Shown here one piece after another: positions 40,401 to 42,198 of a DNA stretch of 42,198 nucleotides. The translations under genes were made by a program, and so were the position numbers. The notes under the pieces are model-generated. The model saw only the letters and a program-made list of their open reading frames with translations. It ran no database searches and had not been told where the DNA came from. This DNA comes from a virus, in the IMG/VR virus record IMGVR_UViG_3300045988_016154, positions 1-42,198 of that record; one strand, written 5' to 3'. Each line of letters begins with the position of its first letter. Positions within the stretch are counted from its first letter, which is position 1.

Positions 40401-40706
40401 ATCGTATTCCCGCAGCAGCGCATTGATTTCCAGGCCGTTCCCACCGGTCACGTCCGCACTCCAACCGCCGTTTCGGCTTGCGTTGGCGCTGTCTACCCTT
40501 TGCAGCACATCCCATACTCTCTGATTGTAGTCCTGGGCAGGGGAGACCGCCTGTGTCCCGCCCTGCTTCTTGCTCATGAACTGCTGGTATGTGCTCATCA
40601 GGCCGCTGCCGGAGCTCTCCTTTTGAGTCTCCTGCTTCTGCGGTTCGCTCTGGACGCCCTGGGCGTTTTTCTCTTTGAACTTCTGATATGTCGAAAGCAG
40701 TGCCAT
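31443..40706 (-). CDS. Giant multi-domain virion protein (3087 aa), candidate ejected/polyvalent protein
   Basis: Single uninterrupted ORF. Gly/Ala-rich hydrophobic region (aa ~410-690). HETTH zinc-peptidase motif (aa 1102-1106). ~570-aa coiled-coil region. Hydrophobic helices at aa ~2405-2435 and 2608-2632. Lies in the late unit between a 308-aa structural gene and the collagen fibre. Confidence 0.85.
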   Translation of the reverse strand: MALLSTYQKFKEKNAQGVQSEPQKQETQKESSGSGLMSTYQQFMSKKQGGTQAVSPAQDYNQRVWDVLQRVDSANASRNGGWSADVTGGNGLEINALLREYDAYEGDKSGMTDYRNMLLGYNKQMQELNGYYSKFRDSDDYDRQRSGYGNFGVGYSAGSWGLSDSEAREIRKQQSQKDAQESQRALAEYTAAKKEFERVDSEWRTMDDRYRSFTIDEYDKDLTEKWQAAKKRMTDAENSLLGARNRMDAYNATWGKIDQYAGDAAAAKGTDTSYTGPGYESIVDWENKKNEEQAAQDAQAQRADYVPGTIQYTRDTEPTAEDRLGLWRSLTPEQKQDAVSSSNVQLNNIVMAGNDGYWDLLTDNEIETYYYIKGQRGQEAANQYLDDMYIELSRRNELKTVQSIENANSWEKAGLTAVSVGANLVGAIPAALGKTTDMVTGRTNPYSSMQFFQRYASYIRGSVGQDIGDWTESKLADKFGEQFAAKAGNLANQTFQALMSGVDSMAGAMTFGQGLALPAGPFNFHVGGYTTVMGMGAFAQRAQELELKGATPTQIAIGSIGSGILEALFEDVSMEVFFTNILDNPAKTAGEFVKKLAIQMGVEGSEEMFTEMGNIILDAINMGKNSENSMAVREYMAQGMTEEKARQQVWKDNAVDILWAGYGGAISAGAMAAGGQALSSGVNRVHSTVGNYAVGSQLLENGRAVDLQEQAESLTNEKKRAKLQKAAAEVANKASAGDKSFRNTYRTGKVATQIAQQAGREARGAETAEFRKAAEKYLEGQRGIQNKKHALNVLTRVYDGTAMLPGDKAYMRMIGGEKLTQEILNSVGGKETLQENAKPSVEASMRTIGNVQGSVLGIAPETKAEFDSDNSGQAFRKSDSEPINILASEPIAKVENGVLYLNTDDGQEIAASDVSYGNSGEAAVYAAISNMQTDTETARSLLSGIDDSGLSSAAYARAIRNAYYRGMNGVKFEDTPGYSDAAKLPETQRRAAWEAGKQRRAAKVQAQEALIDSGKAGTRESGVTMQESAKSIRSLNKQQQTGMAAAKALAAAGLHVEVYASTEAERKAGKPNGVYRKADGSIAIDLNAGDNGQGAVAYALAHETTHFIKDYSPAKYEAYAQMIIAAAENKGISYDSLIARQMARLSEMEEYKGLSETELQEIAYDETIAEMSETILTDTDAANRLSQQIYEQDRTLWQKIKDFFTGLVEKLRNAYKDSDPDSDIGRMLKRAVQDNTEIAQAWAEAVAEAGENYQLQDGQKKNAREGVRYSLRGTTDGKTVAVVDEDILSNIDLTQWNNQTKKKVQAAAKEALKKFSDGIVVDGVTRNVNRVSRREFAASDYSEMLSKKAPQLFADKMRTASAIDDVVIATTDWARDGKLKHPRTDNFVDFDHGRVLIKAGENQYSAEVVVGITDKGTAVFYDVVDIQPAHFQMQKEESPTDVTTNKSPDVIHGNSSEDTLPQQGTEVKGNVRYSDRNSQSRQVERLEKKNAELKAETEYLKQVVNVQKSGNKAHILDRSSVNAIGKGLMESVNAKGGEFGKLLNDFYRALGTEDMSYETMQDRAGELADWLLEHHQAERDGYAQDILDFLKKRRVSLSDGQIGDIEYTYGSLNDFKRAIKGSIILDQNAETSLDQLWQEAAAQFPDRFGADVTESNMPDGLAQIVSWANSTESSSEAEFQYYRAEQKADLMQKILMGYLEAKPMESVSDNMKKELETLKEQHKREIKQLRKEWDAEAAAMEKSHAYDLEAEKKRGAAAIDAMKAAQAAIDKANAALWEVERNEIKLSYDRQMAKLRTTYSTDTAAYQNEFFEALKSEEYKDAKSPTLRRMLKELANEKSDGNKDAETSRKQVYENLRQQYELEKDIGKLEAKVKQQREAAAQKVESRKKTEERHKLQNTIDTLNKYLLQPTNTAHVPQGLQSSVAMALRAINGVIGDSKAAQNADRLAEYAYRLRELEKNPSANGDKIADLNRKIQNLTGKDSSMKAALAELQEQYHKLETQGDSLYDSNIEALIQNTMEQIGDTEYRNLSLQQLKAVRDSYTALLTTIRNANKAFVAGKNARIDEMVKRATTELSLMKKKNPNQTAIGRNIDQFFWNNEKPVYAFERIGSAVMSELYDNLRKGEDTFYRDVSEARNFFLESAEKNGFSKWDLNELKEFTAANGQKFQLSLDELMSLYAYSLRPQAREHLTKGGIVLGENTKRFTKGPLGVTRETTYNDANAYTLTDETIDAIAGSLTKEQRQFAFEMQQYLAKIMGAKGDEVNMALYGIKKFGEETYWPLKSSDVFSERVRAQQDNPGNKLKTKGFTKALTPKANNAIELSTLTETWAEHVSDMSMYHSFTLPMEDFYRVYNWNQKGDGTVRSTMGVRQLIQKTAGKGAVNYIDQFLKDLNGGLRADPRETVSKAMLSGFKKAAVSASLSVAIQQPSAVGRALAYIEPKYFIGSKVEGKKFAETWKQLKKYAAVAGLKEMGRFDVDMGRSTLEYIIGRNGLSTWGKITDKVDKFSGWLPEMADQVTWCGIWEAAKRKTAAQNPGLRGEALLQKAGELFTDTITRTQVYDSVFSRSANMRSKSGLMSMATAFMAEPTTTANMVEDAVRKFARGDKRMAGKVLSSVAVATVLNAALASVVYAARDDDDDKTYWEKYMASLAGETVDSLNPLTYIPVLSDINNLLLGYSIERTDMSLASDLITALKKITTLYGKYDDEWSDEKKDAWKKKVRTAWLDNAWMVGTVMGLPLKNVVRDVEAVINTARNPSNGAEMNADTVLKAMKDSARKNFPILSWKADESSSDQLYKAITQGKDVLARRLKALFGDEKKYESALLKGLRENDPRIKTAAQYAIDGNTPKRVAIIREIVADGHYTQDQVIKAINQKANSMKEKTQSGKESPPEKLYDYSEYVNAAANGLGYAGDVQKELIRYQADRNQEADGKLTRQEAESDALKTFQSNVKSDAKDGYAAGELTEAQVRKVLTAADIAEDEELDDLILQWDTEMELGDEISWSNARYLDYAETIHPAGISADTYDSYIRAVSKLSSIDEDGDGKEDITKQEQVIEYIDSMPISAEQKDALFQAEYPKARKSVLRKLPWR

Positions 40707-40721
40707 ATTGTCCTCTCCTTA

Positions 40722-41648
40722 TCACTTGCCGGAACTGGCATGCATATATTTTGTGCTCCATTTGCGGATGTCCGCCGCCGTCGCGCCGTTCTGCTTGGCC
40801 TCCTGGGCAAAGTAGTACAGTTCCTTCTGCGTTGCTCCGTTTTTGGCCATATCCGCATACTGCTCTTCCAGTGTCTTCGGACCGCCTGTGCCGCCGGAGG
40901 AACCGCCGGAGCCTCTTCCGCTTCCGCCTCCACCGCTGCTCGGTGCCGCCGCCATCGGCGCATAGCTGGGCACATACGCCGGATGCAGCTTGTCCCACTG
41001 GTCCCGGGTCATACCCGCCCCCCGCAGCTCGTCATCCGTGGGGGTGTAGCCCTTCGCCGCCAGCTCCGCCAGCCTTGCATACATGGTATTGCTGATGCTC
41101 ATAGCCTGGCTCAGTTCTGTGTCGGCCCGCCCGGAAAGGTAGCTCCTGTCCGTATTCCACTGGTTCACCCGGTCAGCCCAGCGGCTATAATCCGTGGAAT
41201 CCGCATCCTTGTACAGGCTGTATTTCTCCTTCTCCGCCGCCGCGTCCCGGTCGTACTTGTCCAGCGCCAGCTGATACAGTTCCGGAATTTTGTCCGTCAG
41301 CCCCTGCATATACTGCCCATAGGCCTGCTGCCCCACGTTCTGGGCGTAGGTGTTCCCGTAGCCGCCGGTCAGCGCCGCCGCCTGCCCCATGGTGTCCCGC
41401 ATGGCTTGCTTGCCCATCTGGGTATATCTGTCCTTGTACTGCTGATAAAGCGCATCCTCGTTTACGTTGTATGCAAAGGGCTTCCGGCTGGCAATGTTTT
41501 TCATTGTCTCCTCGATCTGCCCTTGATATTTGCTCTGGTATTCTCCAGGCTTTGTGCTCAGGTGATTGTCCAAGGCCGCTTGACTCTGCTTTAGCCTGTC
41601 CAGATAGCTGCTGTCGTACAGCTCCTTCTTCTTTGTGGTATCTGCCAT
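40722..41648 (-). CDS. Hypothetical virion protein (308 aa)
   Basis: RBS AAGGAGGGG. Tyr/Gln/Asp-rich with a Gly/Ser linker (SSGGGGSGRGSGGSSGGTGG). Lies directly upstream of the giant gene. Confidence 0.7.
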   Translation of the reverse strand: MADTTKKKELYDSSYLDRLKQSQAALDNHLSTKPGEYQSKYQGQIEETMKNIASRKPFAYNVNEDALYQQYKDRYTQMGKQAMRDTMGQAAALTGGYGNTYAQNVGQQAYGQYMQGLTDKIPELYQLALDKYDRDAAAEKEKYSLYKDADSTDYSRWADRVNQWNTDRSYLSGRADTELSQAMSISNTMYARLAELAAKGYTPTDDELRGAGMTRDQWDKLHPAYVPSYAPMAAAPSSGGGGSGRGSGGSSGGTGGPKTLEEQYADMAKNGATQKELYYFAQEAKQNGATAADIRKWSTKYMHASSGK

Positions 41649-41665
41649 GTGTTCCCCTCCTTAGT

Positions 41666-41692
41666 CAAAAGGCCGCAGCTTTCGCCGCGGCC
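41666..41692 (-). terminator. Intrinsic terminator/attenuator inside the late unit
   Basis: Minus strand reads GGCCGCGGC-GAAA-GCTGCGGCC (9 bp, one G:U) followed by TTTTGAC. Confidence 0.65.
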
Positions 41693-41700
41693 CTGTTCCC

Positions 41701-41892
41701 TTATTCGCTCACATCTTCGGTGGGCGCATCGGCCTCGTTCACACCGTAAACCTCCACCACCAGGGCCGTCAGGTCCTGATATTCCTCGTCCTTCATCCTG
41801 TTCACGGCGTAGAACACATCCAGCTTTTTCTGGGCCGCCTCTGCCGTCTTATAAAACTTCCGGGTAATCAGGGTTTTCATAGATTTGTACAT
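41701..41892 (-). CDS. Small hypothetical fibre-module protein (63 aa)
   Basis: ORF trimmed to ATG 41892 (GGAGG 9 nt upstream). Begins MYKSMKTLITRKFYKTAEAAQKKLDVFYAVNRMKDEEYQDL. Confidence 0.6.
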   Translation of the reverse strand: MYKSMKTLITRKFYKTAEAAQKKLDVFYAVNRMKDEEYQDLTALVVEVYGVNEADAPTEDVSE

Positions 41893-41940
41893 GTTTTTCT
41901 TCCTCCAAAAGTAAAAATTTATGGATACGGCAATCACCGT

Positions 41941-42198
41941 TTATCCCTCCTCAATTGCAGCCAGGTCCTGGTTGTAAACGTCCTCCACCATACTGGCCAT
42001 GGCATCCACAAGCTCGTCATTCTGGGCCTCCAGCGCGGCGGCGCGCTCCCGCTCATAGGCCCGTTGGGCGGCGTCCAGCTCCGCCCAGGGCTTCCAGGGA
42101 GTAATCATTTCGCCGGAATACACCGTGCCGTCCGCTGCCGTCCAGGTCTTCCCGGCCGGGACAAAGCGGTAGCCCTCGATATAGGCGGCGCACTTGCC
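41941..42198 (-). CDS. 3' part of the junction-spanning 113-aa ORF (same gene as 1-139; nt 42144-42198 duplicate nt 1-55)
   Basis: Open to the window edge in the frame that matches the ATG at 139 once the 55-nt overlap is collapsed. Ends ...VEDVYNQDLAAIEEG*. Confidence 0.7.
   Translation of the reverse strand, partial: GKCAAYIEGYRFVPAGKTWTAADGTVYSGEMITPWKPWAELDAAQRAYERERAAALEAQNDELVDAMASMVEDVYNQDLAAIEEG
42144..42198. repeat. Terminal overlap copy 2 (identical to 1-55)
   Basis: Exact 55-nt match to the window start. Confidence 0.95.

Larger units (their letters stand above)
1..42198. mobile_element. Complete circular temperate phage genome in the excised (attP) form, unit length 42143 bp
   Basis: nt 1-55 are repeated exactly at 42144-42198. 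An ORF crosses that junction in frame. There is one full set of packaging, head, fibre, lysis, lysogeny and replication genes. The integrase sits next to a tRNA-derived att core. Confidence 0.85.

Noticed and set aside
31443-40706. Interpreting the giant ORF as a conventional tape-measure protein.
   Set aside because: At 3087 aa it would imply an implausibly long tail. I recognise no tail tube, terminator or chaperone-frameshift genes next to it. It contains enzyme-like modules. The hydrophobic Gly/Ala block is tape-measure-like, so this is rejected only provisionally.
38649-41594. 981-aa plus-strand ORF, with similar long plus-strand ORFs at 17732-19960, 33690-35216, 8421-9776, 7604-8704 and 4241-5368.
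   Set aside because: All lie antisense to well-supported minus-strand genes. They are Arg/Pro/Gly/Leu/His-rich low-complexity translations and lack RBS motifs. They are the expected stop-poor shadow frames of GC-rich coding DNA.
1-42198. Searched by eye for a reverse transcriptase/DGR, transposase/IS elements, toxin-antitoxin pairs with known motifs, DNA methyltransferases and HNH endonucleases.
   Set aside because: No ORF shows the YxDD, DDE, DPPY/NPPY or HNH signatures, so none is reported. Divergent members could be missed without profile searches.

Overview
This window is one complete, circularly closed genome of a GC-rich temperate phage. The unit length is 42,143 bp: nt 1-55 recur exactly at 42144-42198, and an ORF reads in frame through that junction.

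About 36 kb is coded on the minus strand, as two tightly packed units separated by intrinsic terminators.
- Early unit (~20.7 kb down to 10.6 kb): three small proteins, a Rad50/SbcC-like ATPase, a DUF669-like protein, an MBL-fold hydrolase, a replication-organizer-like protein with iteron-like repeats, a PAPS-reductase-family protein, two Lar-type restriction-alleviation proteins, an ASCH protein and a paralogous family of small Cys-rich proteins.
- Late unit (10.5 kb down through the circular junction to 24.9 kb): TerS, TerL, portal, a phage-encoded Prp-type cysteine protease, scaffold, major capsid, fibre and structural proteins, a 3087-aa giant virion protein, a collagen-like fibre, an M15 endolysin, a holin, a sigma-region-4-like protein, and then a terminator-insulated six-gene accessory island.

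The only plus-strand block (20.7-24.7 kb) is the lysogeny module. It holds a secreted/membrane YHYH-domain protein, an XRE repressor, a membrane-tethered HTH protein, a small polytopic membrane protein and a tyrosine integrase. It is followed by an attP whose core is the 3' 51 nt of a tRNA-Lys(UUU), flanked by arm-type direct repeats.

I recognise no tail tube, sheath or conventional tape-measure gene. A short-tailed virion with a giant ejected protein is therefore the most economical reading.

Best follow-up targets:
- the six-gene island next to attP (24908-27412);
- a 67-nt tmRNA-TLD-like / tRNA-Ala-like mini element in the early leader (20627-20693);
- the switch layout: back-to-back near-consensus promoters at 21853-21941, a reverse-oriented moron between switch and early genes, and a perfect consensus antisense promoter at 19871-19899;
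- the LQLF|A maturation motif shared by scaffold and capsid next to a phage-borne Prp;
- the multi-domain giant protein.

All functional calls come from reading translated ORFs and motifs by eye. No database search was possible.
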